A stretch of DNA of 64,000 nucleotides from Octopus vulgaris (taxonomy: Eukaryota): NCBI GenBank assembly GCA_951406725.2, contig OX597824.1, forward strand, positions 10,974,001 to 11,038,000, read 5' to 3'. Shown here one piece after another: positions 37,781 to 50,771 of this stretch. The translations under genes and the position numbers were made by a program. The stretch's first letter is position 1. Each line of letters starts with the position of its first letter. The notes beneath the pieces are model-generated. The model made no database searches. It saw nothing but the letters and a program-made list of their open reading frames with translations, and was not told the origin of the DNA.

Positions 37781-38610
37781 AAGAAAAAAAATAATAAATT
37801 GGGTATGCAGTATGGATGGGGAAAAAGAAAAAAAAATGAATATCAGAAAGGTTTTTTTTCTAATCAGAAAAAAAGTTTTTTCAACCAATCAAGATTCCAA
37901 CATTGTCCAAATGCTTGACCGATTATTTGCCAAGATTTAAAACAGGTTTGTTTAGTTTTATACTTTTAGCCATTGGGAAGCATGGCTGTTTATAGCCGGC
38001 CTGGCATTGAAAGTGTAGAAAAATTTACAACTGATAAGAGTGTATAAACATGAAAAGATGATTATTTTTGTCATTACAGCTTTTGATGTAAGTTAATCAT
38101 TATCATCAGAATAACAGTTATTAATGGACACAGTCTACTTGTGCGCATGTTGATTCTGAACAATACCAAAACTCTAAAACAGTCATGTTAGTGAACTAAA
38201 TGAGAAATAAGCTTAACAATTTTTATTATTTTTATTCTTTTCATTGAGAAGTTACTTAATTGTGAAGAAACAGAAGTTGGGTATAAAATGCATTGTAAAA
38301 CATTTTATAGCTGCCAGCAACACAGAACTAGTTTTAATAAAAAAAAACAAAAAACACATTAACTTACTTTACTAAATAGAATATATATGCAAATAGGAAA
38401 GAAGCGAAGATTGACGCTTTTATCCAAAAAAGGTCTTCACCCGAACATTTTTGAGTCACCAACACAATGAAGCGTTTTGATAGCAAGCAGACTAACAACT
38501 ATGTTGGCATCAAAGAAACTCCAGCATTTAACGGGGACTGAATCAGCGTAATATTAAAAAAAAAATACATCATACATGAACGCATGTCTCTGAACCTACA
38601 TACACGTGTG

Positions 38611-38832
<222 letters not shown>

Positions 38833-39496
38833 AAATGCTAATAGTCTAAATAGATACTTGTTTTGTTTTGTTTTGTTTTTTGTATAATAATCCTGATATT
38901 TGCCAAATGTAATTATAAAAAAATACAAGAAAAAATATTTGAACAAGTGAAATCTACTCAATTCCTAATCATCACAAATTTAAAAAAAAAAAAAAAAAAG
39001 AAATTACAATTCCCCCACCCCCAAAACAACCCATCAACAAACAGAAAAAAAAAGAAGAAAAAAAACAGCCCATAAAATTACATACTTCTGGAACTTATTT
39101 CCACCTGGAACGTTTCAAACATGACATAAACTACACCCAATCCTTACCCAACCTCATTAGATTTTCACTAGAGGATCACCCTACCCTTTTTTCTTTGACT
39201 CATAAATGAAAAAAAAAAAAAGGAATCATCTTCTGTTAATTAATTTTGTCTGATTCTCCCTCTCTCCGCATAAAATAAAAACTTCATGATTTTTTTTTTT
39301 TTTTCTTTGACATAAGGAGGATATACAATTTATCATTCACTCCTGGATAAGATGAAAGACAAAGCTGACCTCCGTGGGATTTGAACTCATGGGAGAAACT
39401 GTAACTCATCTATTCTTTGCATAAACACCATTTCCTCCACAAAAATCTGAGGATTCAAACATCACCCCCACCAGATAAGATTAGATATGAGATCAC

Positions 39497-39893
39497 TCTC
39501 TTTTACTCTTTACTCTTTTACTTGTTTCAGTCATTTGACTGCGGCCATGCTGGAGCACCGCCTTTAGTCGAGCAAATCAACCCCGGGACTTATTCTTTTG
39601 TAAGCCCAGTACTTATTCTATCGGTCTCTTTTGCCGAACCGCTAAATGACGGGGACGGGTTGTCAAGCAATGCTAGGGGAACAAACACACTCACACAAAC
39701 ACACACACGCATATATATATACATATATACGACAGGCTTCTTTCAGTTTCCATCTACCAATACCACTCACAAGGCATTGGTCGGCCCGAGGCTATAGCAG
39801 AAGACACTTGCCCAAGATGCCACGCAGTGGGACTGAACCCAGAACCATGTGGTTGGTAGGCAAGCTACTTACCACACAGCCACTCCTGCGCCT
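39497..39893 (-). mobile_element. SINE family A (a further partial copy at 39950-40090)
   Basis: Reverse complement of the family A consensus. Confidence 0.9.
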
Positions 39894-40386
39894 ATTGAAT
39901 ATTTTTCTAAGATAAATACAGCTATACAAATGAGTCAAATGATATATATTCTTTTACTCTTTTACTCGTTTCAGTCATTTGACTGTGGCCATGCTGGAGC
40001 ACCACCTTTAGTCGAACAAATCAACCCCAGGACATATTCTTTGTAAGCCTAGTACTTATTCTATTGGTCTCTTTTGCCAAACCACTAAGACGTGGTGGTG
40101 GTGGTGGTGATGAATTATAACACAATGGAGATTACTACTTGGAGGCTGAATAGTCGCTAGCATCATATAGCCTCCTCAAACAACATAAAAAGTTCTTCCT
40201 GTATTTGCCTCAATAGCTCCCATTATCATTGTAGTAATGGTGGCTTGATGTTAAAATACCTGCTCAAATATTTTATATTTGAAGTATGATCCAGCTCGTG
40301 AAAACAAAAACAAAAAATAAATAGGATTACATTTTACTTTTCATTCCATTTTTAAGTTAGTAACGTTATGGGTAATACTGAATCTA

Positions 40387-40566
40387 TCATCATCATCATC
40401 ATCGTTTAACGTCCGCTTTCCATGCTAGCATGGGTTGGACGGTTCAACTGGGGTGTGGGAAGCCCGAAGGCTGCACCAGGCCAGTCAAATCTGGCAGTGT
40501 TTCTACAGCTGGATGCCCTTCCTAACGCCATGACCTTCCTAACGCCAATGCCCTTCCTAACGCCAA
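40387..40566 (-). mobile_element. RTE-LINE 3' tail fragment (family C)
   Basis: (CAT)n tail then consensus; triplicated ccttcctaacgcca at the 5' junction. Confidence 0.85.
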
Positions 40567-40682
40567 TTTGGAAAATACAAATTAAAGGTAAAAAAAAATA
40601 ATACAGAAAAACAAACAGTTTCTCACAAAATTTAAATTTTAAGCAAAGATTGTTAAGCAAAATACTGACAATACTAGCTTGT

Positions 40683-40970
40683 TTATTTATCTATTTATGC
40701 ACCCTTTTCAAGCCAGGCTCATGGGCCCCGGTTTCCCGGCTTCTGTGGCGCCAGTCCATCGCAGCATTACTCAAGAAACAGGAAGAAAGAATGAGAGAAA
40801 GTTGGGGCAAAAGTGTACAACAGGGGTTGCCACCACCCCCTGCTGGAGTCTTGTGGAGCTTTAGGTGTTTTCACTCAATAAACACACACAACGCCCAGTC
40901 TGGGAATCAAAACCGCGATCCTCCAACAGCAAGCCCGCTGCCCTAACCACTGGGCCATCGCGCCTCCACA
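40683..40970 (-). mobile_element. SINE family G
   Basis: 13-bp TSD aatactagcttgt (40670-40682, 40971-40983). Confidence 0.88.
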
Positions 40971-42323
40971 AATACTAGCTTGTAGCTAAGCTAAAATGTA
41001 GAACTGCTTAAAAGAAAAAAGAAAAGAACTGGGTAAAGAACCAAGGGGAAAAGTGAAATACAACCAATGGAACAAATAACCATTCCTTCTTTTTGTGCGT
41101 GAATGTGTAACAAAAATCAACAGTAAGCACCCCCAGTAAAGCCAACCGACCATATTGAGACAATCAACATAAGAGTAACACCACAAGTAACCAAGAGACG
41201 GATATCAAAGAGATGCTACTTTTTAACTTTTATTACTTTTCTATTAAGGATGAACTAAAATTCTTTGGAGGGGTTCTGTTTTTGTCTCTTTTTTTTTTGT
41301 TTTGATTTTTTTTTTGTTTTATTTAGGAATGGCTGTTCTGTTTTTATTGTTCAGAAACCATTTAATAATTAGAATAGAGAAAGAAGACAGTATCAGTTTG
41401 GTTTTTACCTAGAGGGAAAATAACGTGAAAGACAAAGTATGGGGTGTAGGGGTATGGAGAGGGAAGAAGGGTACCACTTTGTATTTTGCTGTATTTTGTT
41501 TGTTTTTTGGGGGTTTTTTTTATAATTCCCCGACATCTGTTGTAAGTCTTCAACAACTTACAGAGATGATGGTTCTTGTTGAGGTCTGTATAAGAGAAAA
41601 AAATATATTAAGACATAGTTTAGCTTACAGAGCCGTTGAAACGGTGAATTATTCAATTAAACAGGGTGGGGCGGGGTGGGGGAGAGACTATGTGGAAGTG
41701 TTGAAGAGTTCGGTAAATGTTGTGATTAAGAGAAATTCAGAGAACTTCAACTTTGGGTAACAAAGATAGATTTCAAGACAATGCATTCGTTAAGAAATGT
41801 TTATTTATATAACGGCGAGAAATGGAAATTATAATTTTTCTTCTTTTATAAGTGTTTGGAGGGAGGGAGGTTCCTACACCTGGAATGGTATAAGAGGATG
41901 ATGGTATGAAGGATGCGAAAAGTGAGCCTTAAAATCTAAGAAATTAAGATGATTTACAAAGACACTGAGAAAACCAAATGCTATTAAAGGTTATCTAAGC
42001 AGATAAGATTATGCAAAGGGATACTAAGAATTTAGTTAGCAAAACCTTCAGAAGTCTACATAAAGACAGGGGTTCCCCCAACAGGAGTTTATATTTCCTT
42101 CAAGGCATAGTAAATAAATGTTTGTTACCAAGCAACAATAGTCAACAAAACAGTAAACTCCCAAATCAATTCCTCTGAAACTATCTTTAACTTCTGTTGT
42201 TAAATGCCTATTATATCATTGCCATAGATAAAATAGTTAAGCAGAAATCTCTGCTTAACTGAAAAGAAATATCAAAAATAATAAATCACTGGAGATGTTA
42301 GTCAATATGCTCTCTCTCTCATA

Positions 42324-42720
42324 TCTCTCTATATATAAAGCTAAAGTTGTCTGTGTATGGTAGGTTTGGTGGCCTTCAACTAACACTATCTCCTCTGAAA
42401 CCCTGCGGTGCAAGTTGACCAAAATTGAGAGTATGATAGAAGAAGGCTTGCTCTTCATTCCGTAGAAGAAAAAATTCAAATCGGACCATGTTAACACCAA
42501 AAATTATTTACATTAAAAAGGTACTTTTTTTCTATGAAAATCCCTATTTTTTACAATTTTTTTACTGTTATGTCACCATTTTTCGGTGTATTTCAACCAG
42601 AAAAATGTTCACTTAAAGAGAATAACAAGCTACATAATGCAAAATTTTTACTTTCCAAAAATTCCAATTGTAAAGGGTCGAAAAGAAAACAAGCCCGAGC
42701 AATGCTGGGCTATGCTGCTA

Positions 42721-42721
<1 letters not shown>
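42324..42721 (+). mobile_element. Non-autonomous Helitron
   Basis: A|TCTCTCTATATATA 5' end, hairpin gcccgagcaatgctgggc (42693-42710), CTAG|T 3' end. Confidence 0.87.
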
Positions 42722-42776
<55 letters not shown>

Positions 42777-44060
42777 TGATAAGGTGGTGTACAGGCAATG
42801 TGTTAAGGCATAAGATTCTTTAAATATATATATTCAAACTTATGTTTGTTTTATTATAAAAAATATACTGCAAGATCAAATTTTAGTAGCAACAACACTC
42901 GCTTTTCTTTTACTTGAGTCTGCAAAGTCCATAGTTCTGAGAAGACAGAAGAGTTGCATAAGATCAGAATTCTTTAATTGAATTATAACTAAAGAACAAA
43001 ATAATAGTGAGGGATATTGAACAAAGAAATTGGTACAGGGCTTCAAGAGTGACTATATATAATAGAAGGCAAGAAGTTCTGAGATGAGTTACTATATTTA
43101 AGTGGAGGTTGCACAGAGTAGGTATGTGTTGAAAAACAAAGAGCTTGTAGTAAAAAGGCAACAGATAAAAAGAAAACCATGATGGAACATGAGAGACACT
43201 TTATGACACAATGTTTGTCTAGTAAGAAATGAAACAACAAAGTCAGGAATGGCAAACATGAGGGTGTGAAAATGAGAATTGTGTCACAATAGGATAAAGT
43301 TTCAATTATAGACAAAGAACTACGGTAGAAACATCAAAACAAAAGGGGCAAGGCATATAGTAATTAGACTCCAATTAAAAGACCTAGTACTAAGTTCAAC
43401 TCAATTTAGTAACTGTTTCTGAAAATGAATTTAAACTGACCATGATTGAAAATAAATTTGAATTCATTCATTCAATTAACACTTTTATTTTTCATGCTTG
43501 CATGGGTTTCACAAATGCATTGAGGCATATCTATTTTTTTTCCAGTTGGATGACCTTACCGGTTTTTCAAGTAAAAGATCACTTCTCGGCTAAAAGCTTC
43601 AGCACTAAGGACATGTGGACAGAATGCCACAGTAAAGTAAAATACTGAAGCTTTTTTTTTTTTATTTCATCTTTTAACGCCTACTTTTCCATGTTTGCTT
43701 GGATCAGACAGCAATTGAGGAGGCAGATTTTCTACAGCCAGGTGCCATTTCCGTTAACAGCCCTCACCTGTTTCCAAGCAAGGTAATATCTTCCCATGGT
43801 CAGACAGGTTTTCTACAGAAGACTGGAAATTAACATCACTTGTATGATGTTGATGCTTTTCAACCATCACATGAGTCAAGGTAAGGGTGCACACACACAC
43901 ACACACACACACACAAACATGGTTTCTTTCAACAAAATCCACTGACAAGGCTCTGGTCAGCCCAAGGCTATAGTAGAAACACTTGTCCAAGTGGGACCAA
44001 ACCTGAGACCACATAGTCAGAAAGTAAGCTTCTCAACCACACAGACACGTCTGTGCCTAC

Positions 44061-44496
44061 CAGTGGCATAGCTAGGGTAAAACTGCGCCCAGGGCAAGCC
44101 ACAAAAATGCACCCCCACTCCCACCCCATCCCAACCAATTACAAACTCTACGATATTACACAGTACTTATTCGTTACAAGTAATTAATGTTTTAAAGCAA
44201 TGTTTTGGGAATAAACCCTTTACCAGGGTTCATATATCTGCCGGTTCGGTACAGCCTGTAATTCAAACTATGTTTTTTGTATACTCTGTTCTCTCTCTTA
44301 CTTGTTTCAGTCATTTGACTGCAGCCATGCTGGAGCACAGCCTTTAGTCGAGTAAATTGACCCCAGGACATTCTTTGTAAGCCTAGTACTTATTCTATTG
44401 GTCTCTTTTTGCTGAACAGCTAAGTGATGGGGACGTAAACACACAAACATCGGTTGTCAAGCAATGCTAGGGGGACAAACACAAACACACAAACAT

Positions 44497-44539
<43 letters not shown>

Positions 44540-44901
44540 ACGGGCTTCTTTCAGTTTTCGTCTACCAAATCCACTCACAAGGCTTTGGTTGGCCCGAGGT
44601 TATAATAGAAGACGCTTGCCCAAGGTGCCACGCAGTGGGACTGAACCCGGAACCATGTGGTAATAGGTTTACTTTTACAAAGCCTTTTTTGATGCCCTTT
44701 GTAAAAATGCCCAGACATGAATGTAGAGGGCCATCATATTGCATTTACCTTCAATAACAACATAAAACGATATGCTGGAGAGCCATCTACACAACTGCAA
44801 TTTTATAAATGGAATTCAAGCTTACTATATTATGGTCAATTCTGTGCCCCCCCTTCAATCAGCACCCAGGGCATATACCCCCCCACCTAGTTACACTACT
44901 T
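44061..44901. mobile_element. hAT (Tip100-like) non-autonomous element with nested minus-strand SINE A (44290-44662)
   Basis: TIR CAGTGGCATAGCTAGG / CCTAGTTACACTACTT; 8-bp TSD gtgcctac/ttgcttac. Confidence 0.7.
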
Positions 44902-46244
44902 TTGCTTACATATAAGTGGAAAATACAATGAAAAATACAATTGAAAGAAAGTTAATGGATGGTTTGATATACAAGCTGAGAATCCAGATGACAGAATACA
45001 AGACAAATTTTAAATTCATTTCAACAAGCTCAAACCAGACAAGAAAACCTGTCCTTACATGAGTCATTGACAGCAATCAATAAATTTGAAATCTAAAGAA
45101 GGATTAGATTAACCAGTCAGATATGCTCATCGACAATCCTTTAATACCTGCAGCCTCAACCACTTCCATGGAAAGATAGACCTTGTCTTTTTTTCATCCT
45201 GCTTTTAACCAAATCTGGCAGATCCAAATCCCCAACAACAACATCCAATGTTTTATTCCAAGCACAGTTTTTATTCTGTATTCTGTCAAGTTTTTTCCCA
45301 GCCTTTCCCAACCATGGAAAAAAAAAAAGATGGAAAATAAATCTGAAAATTATATTTAATACTTCTAAAAACCAATTCTTAAGGACTTTTACTTTAGCTG
45401 TTGTTGTTTAGCCCCTGAATCAGTCACACAACCTCACCCTTGATCAAGTAGGCCTACAAAAATCTTTAATCAAAAGGGTTTAGCTGTAACCATCATATTT
45501 TTCAGGCAATCTTCCTTATCATTTTCGGTATGCATTCCAAGCTTGCATGGGTCAGACAGAATTCGCTGAGGCAAATTTTCTATGGCTGGATGTCCCCCCA
45601 TTGCCACAGTGACCTGTTTCCAAGCAAAGTCATATTTTCCCATAGCTGGACATGCTTTTCACAGAAGACTGGAAACAAACATCATTTCTATGGCAGTAAT
45701 GCTCATACAATGGACTTGTTCCAGTCTATGTCTACTAAATCCACTCACAAGGCTTTGGTTGGCCTGGAGCTATAATAGGAGACACTTGTCCAAGGTGCCA
45801 AGTAATGAGACTGAACCTGAAAGGATATGGTTGGAAAGCAAGCTTCTAAACCACAGAGACATGGCTGTGCCTACCATGCCAGCAACTATGAGACTGTTTC
45901 CCAAGTCAAAAAATATATCTTAGATTACAATATTCAGTGTTAACTTCATTTGATTTCAAATGGTAGGAGGCGAATTGAGAAGGATTTAGCTCTAATTGTC
46001 CAGTCATGATGTGATAGATGTAAACAAGCATCACTATCACTCATTTCCAATATGTTGTGTGAAAAACGTGTCTGACCATGGCGAAATATAACCTTGCTTG
46101 GAAACATGTGAGGGTTGGCAACACTAAGTGTATCTGACGATACAAAACATTCCTCAATAAACACCTAACCTGTGTAAGCATGAAAGAATAGACATTAAAA
46201 TGACAACAATGAATGAATGAATGTATGTACATACGTACAGACAG

Positions 46245-46275
<31 letters not shown>

Positions 46276-46428
46276 AGAGTAGACAAATGTGTTCTGTTTT
46301 GTTTGTTTTTTTTCTCATAAGATGGAGAAGTTGAAAACCTAGTTATTATGCATATTGAGCTAAATACTAGTAAGTTGCATAATTCTGCCAAATAGCCAAC
46401 CAGCCTGCTGGCCTCTATTCATCCCTAC

Positions 46429-46515
46429 CCTTTCGGAATTTCTCCTGTGCTGAAGAACAGCGATGTCTGATGACATCTCATCAGTAAGAAAAGAACTAAT
46501 GTATTTATAGAGCAT
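46429..46515 (-). CDS. MAPKBP1: Candidate first coding exon of the WDR62/MAPKBP1 gene (MLYKYISSFLTDEMSSDIAVLQHRRNSER); exon possibly 46429-46729 including 5' UTR
   Basis: ATG at 46515 follows an in-frame stop; 29 codons end in AGG|GTAGGG phase-0 donor, giving ...RRNSER|VTLEK (vertebrate homologues have K/R|V at this junction, from memory). Good acceptor ctaccctatttcAG at 46730-46731; locally CpG-richer non-repeat sequence. No strong homology, so tentative. Confidence 0.45.
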
Positions 46516-46829
46516 GTTCTGTCAGCAGGCAAACGTGGGCTGCGCCAATGACAACAATAATAATAATAATAATAACTGGTGGTGCTTCGTGAGACAGAAA
46601 AAAAAAATCCGTCGTGAGGAAACAGTTATAAAATATTTGCCGTGCATTGAAACTTCTTCAATCTCCAAACAGAAGTTAAACAACAAATGGGTCAAACAAA
46701 TTTTCTAATGAAGTCATCCTCCTACGTCCCTGAAATAGGGTAGAAGTGGAAATATATTACACCAACTGTTACTGAACACTCAGTTATACTGTGTGTTGTT
46801 GCTGAATCCTGGGGCAGCTCTGGGTAGAC

Positions 46830-47071
46830 CAGTGATTCTCAACTGGGATCCATATGGCCCATAGGGGCCCACCTAAGATTTTGTTGTTAAAATTCATATA
46901 CAATAAACTAGTTATACTTCTTCAATACACAAAATATTAAAATTTTTTTTATACATTTCCTAATGAGGATTTTTTAAACATCAAATGGCTATGAGGGTCC
47001 ACCTGAGTGAAACAGGAATCAAAGGAATCAACTATAATTTACCATAGGTAAAATATGGTTGAGAACCTCTG
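46830..47071. mobile_element. hAT (Charlie-like) MITE
   Basis: CAGTGATTCTCAAC / GTTGAGAACCTCTG; TSD gggtagac/gggcagac. Confidence 0.8.
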
Positions 47072-47234
47072 GGGCAGACCTGTGAATAAGGAGACTAGTT
47101 GCAACCATCCTCTCCTTAGATAGTGCATATCTAGGACTACATTATTCAGTATGTCCCACTCTGTTCATGTACATGGAGTGTAATTTGAGAGAGATTTAGC
47201 TACTATTTCTAGCAAGTGGAGCAAGTTTGTAGAG

Positions 47235-47443
47235 CAGTGGCTCTCAACCTTTTTAATATCCAGGCTAGATCCAAAACCAGGTTTCTTTTTTTTTTTGAGG
47301 GGTGGGCTCACACCAAAAAAAGTAAATAAAAAAAAGTCAAATAAAGAAAAATTTATTGTTTATAAAGAGAAGGCTGCTGGGAGCAGCCGGAAGGATGCCT
47401 GAAAGGCACATTCAGCCCTGGGAGCTGCTACTGAGAACCGCTG
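47235..47443. mobile_element. hAT (Charlie-like) MITE
   Basis: CAGTGGCTCTCA / TGAGAACCGCTG; TSD ttgtagag/atgtaggg. Confidence 0.7.
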
Positions 47444-47489
47444 ATGTAGGGTCTGCCTTGTTTACTCATGCTCTAACGCATTTGTTTGT

Positions 47490-47720
47490 TTCTTTATTAC
47501 CCACAAGGGGCTAAACACAGAGGGGACAAACAAGGACAGACACACGGATTAAGTCGATTGTATCGACCCCAGTGCATAACTGGTACTTAATTTATCAATC
47601 CCGAAAGGATGAAAGGCAAAGACGACCTCAGCGGAATTTGAACTCAGAACGTAACGGCAGATGAAATACGGCTACGCATTTCGCCCGGCGTGCTAACGGT
47701 TCTGCCAGCTCGCCGCCTTA
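47490..47720 (-). mobile_element. SINE family B, full length
   Basis: Consensus match. Confidence 0.9.
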
Positions 47721-48954
47721 ATCATTGTTTAGACCCTGATCAGTCTTGATTGAGTAGTCATATGACAATAGATATTTCATCTCTAACTATTTAACTAAAG
47801 ACAGTAAAATGAGTGAGATTTGGCTGCTATCCTCATTGTAGCACTGAATGTTAACACTGCTTAACCCCAAGTCAGCTCTGATCAAGCAGACCTAGTCAAA
47901 GGTACTCCCCTCCAATTATGTCTAACCTGTCCTCCTGCATACCAGTGTGTCCTTTTTAAGATGGTAGGTTATAATTTGGGGGAATTTAGCTGCTATTTCT
48001 AGTAACTGACTGCATAGCTGCTTGTTACTGGCTCAGGTGGTACAGCGCTATATTGTTATGTGGTGTAGGTTTGTTTATAGAACAGGGCTGGTTAGTCAAC
48101 TTGTAGACAGATGTTTATCTTGTGACATTTAGTGACACATTTATAAGAGAGAGAGAACAATATTTTGCCGAACAGTCGTTGTCAACATTGTTACTAACCT
48201 TGTCAACACTCTTACACAGTGAATGCCTTATGACAAAGTTGTTTTGTTTACATTTCTTAAATCTCTTACTTTTAATTACAAATGATAAACATAGGTGTAG
48301 GAGTGGCTGTGTGGAAAGGTATATTGGATGAAATAGTCTTAGATACACTATGATTGAAAAAAAAAATTGATAGGATGGGATGATCTGGGCTAGAAATTCT
48401 TTGAACAAAGGTATGCTTGATAAGGCTTACTAGGGCTAAATAACAACAGTGTACAATCAGTAGTTTTATGTGGAAAGAAATAGGGATAACTACCAACTTG
48501 ACACAACAAGAAATAGAGAAGCTCTTTCACAAATGCTGACCATGGTGGGGGGAAGGGGTATATGAGCCATGGAAGCATTAATAATCCAAACTTGAAGTGA
48601 TTATAGAAAAGAGAAATGCCTTCACTTTTGATAGTCAATTGATTTTATCAAAAACACGAGATTCCTTATCACTGATAACAAACTGACTTTATGAAAAGGG
48701 ACAAGATGAAGTATCTTTAGTTTCAAACCTATTGACACCAATTAAATACTAGAGTCTCTGAAATAACAGAATATCAACAGAGGAGAACAAAAACAAAAAC
48801 ATAGTAAAATGTTGTTATATTGCAAATAATTTCGTAAATGCACAGCCAATAAAGAAGTCACAACACTGACTCTCAACCCGCTTAAAGATGTCAACAGAAT
48901 TTTTCTCAAATCATACACTTGTAATTTGACCAAAAAAAAAAATACAGGGAAATG

Positions 48955-49750
48955 GGTACACGGATAGCTGGGTAGTAAGAAGTTTACTTCCCAGCCACAT
49001 GGTTCTGGATTCAGTCCCACAGTGTGGCAACTTGGGCAAGTGTCTTCTACCATACTCCAGGGCCAACTAAAGCTTTGTGAGTGAATTTGGTAGACAGAAA
49101 CTGATAAAGGCGGCAAGCTGGCAGAATCGTTAGCACGCTGGGCAAAATGCTTAGCAGTATGTTCTGGATTCAGTCCTGCAGTGGGGCAACTTGGGCAAGT
49201 GTCTTCTACCATAGGCCAGGGCCAACTAAAGCTTTGTGAGTGAATTTGGTAGACAGAAACTGATAAAAGCTCAGTGTGCTGGCAGAATCGTTAGCACGCT
49301 GGGCAAAATGTTAGCAGTATTTCGTCTGCCGTTACGATCTGAGTTCAAATTCCACCGAGGTCGACTTTGCCTTTCATCCTTTCGGGGTCGATAAATTAAG
49401 TACCAGTTACGCACTGGGATCGATGTAATCGACTTCATCCCTTTGTCTGTCCTTGTTTGTCCCCTCTAGCCCCATGTGGGCAATAAAGAAATAAGAAACT
49501 GATAAAAGCCCATCTCATGTGTGTGTGTGTGTGTGTGTGTGTGCGTGCGTATACTACCATTTGACAACTAGTGTTGGTTTGTTTACATCCCCATAACTTA
49601 ACAGTTCAGCTGAAGAGACCAATATATTAAGTAACAGACTTAAAGAATAAATAGACACCGGGGGTTAATTTGTTTGGGTAAAACCCTTCAAGGCAGTGCC
49701 CCAGCATAGCCACAGTCCAATGACTGCAATAAGTAAAAGAAAGTAAAAGA
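48955..49750 (+). mobile_element. SINE A with nested SINE B and a local tandem duplication of the junction
   Basis: agaaactgataaa repeated at about 49096, 49256 and 49495; duplicated A-head/B-head segment. Confidence 0.8.
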
Positions 49751-50771
49751 GAAGAGACATTTCTGTACAAGTTTGTGCATCAGACTGACAGTAAGAAGAA
49801 CATTCCATTTCTATCATTCATAGGGGAGACCCAGTTTAGTTTAAAGCATCTCCATTTTTAGAGAAAGGGATTTTGTGGGTTACATTTACCCCTCTTCCCT
49901 CTTCACAAAACAAAGCCGTGTCATGTACATATGGTTTTATTATCTTGTAAGTAATTTTTAAGTATTTAGTGTATGTGCAAGCATGGAGACACAAACAAGC
50001 AGAGATGGGGGTAGCGGAGGTGAGGAGATGGCAATAAAAACTATAGAAGATAGTAAAGGGAAACAATAGAATCAGAGGAAAGTAATGATGGTTTGTGCAG
50101 ATATGAAGAAGCTAACAGTTGATAAAATTCATAGAAATAAGACTAAAATGCTGTGAAGAAAAGCATGTTGTGAATTATTTTGTGAATTCTTCATCATCAT
50201 CGTTTAATGTCCGCTTTCCATGCTAGCATGGGTTGGACGATTTGACTGAGGACTGGCGAACCACATGGCTGCGCCAGGCTCCAATCTGATCTGGCAGAGT
50301 TTCTACAGCTGGATGCCCTTCCTAACGCCAACCACTCCGAGAGTGTAGGATTGTATATAAATATACAGGAGTGGCTGTGTGGTAAGTAGCTGGCTTACCA
50401 ACCACATGGTTCCGGGTTCAGTCCCGCTGCATGGCACCTTGGGCATGTGTCTTCTACCATAGTTTTGTGCGGTCCAAACCTTGTGAGTGGATTTGGTAGA
50501 AGGAAATTAAAAGAAGGTGGCGAGCTGGCAGAAACGTTAGCATGCCAAGCGAAATGCTTAGCGGCAAAATTGTGATCTAAGTTGCTTATTTGCCAAGGAA
50601 CCCAAGCAACTTGCCCTATGAGTCCGAAGACCCGAAACGGTAATGGCCAGGGTTTGATGATGGTAATACCAAAACCAAGATATCATCAGATGGACAAATA
50701 ATCAATGCAGCCCCTTGATAGTCACATAAGATTTCACTCTACTACATACAACATAACCACTAGTGTTGTAA

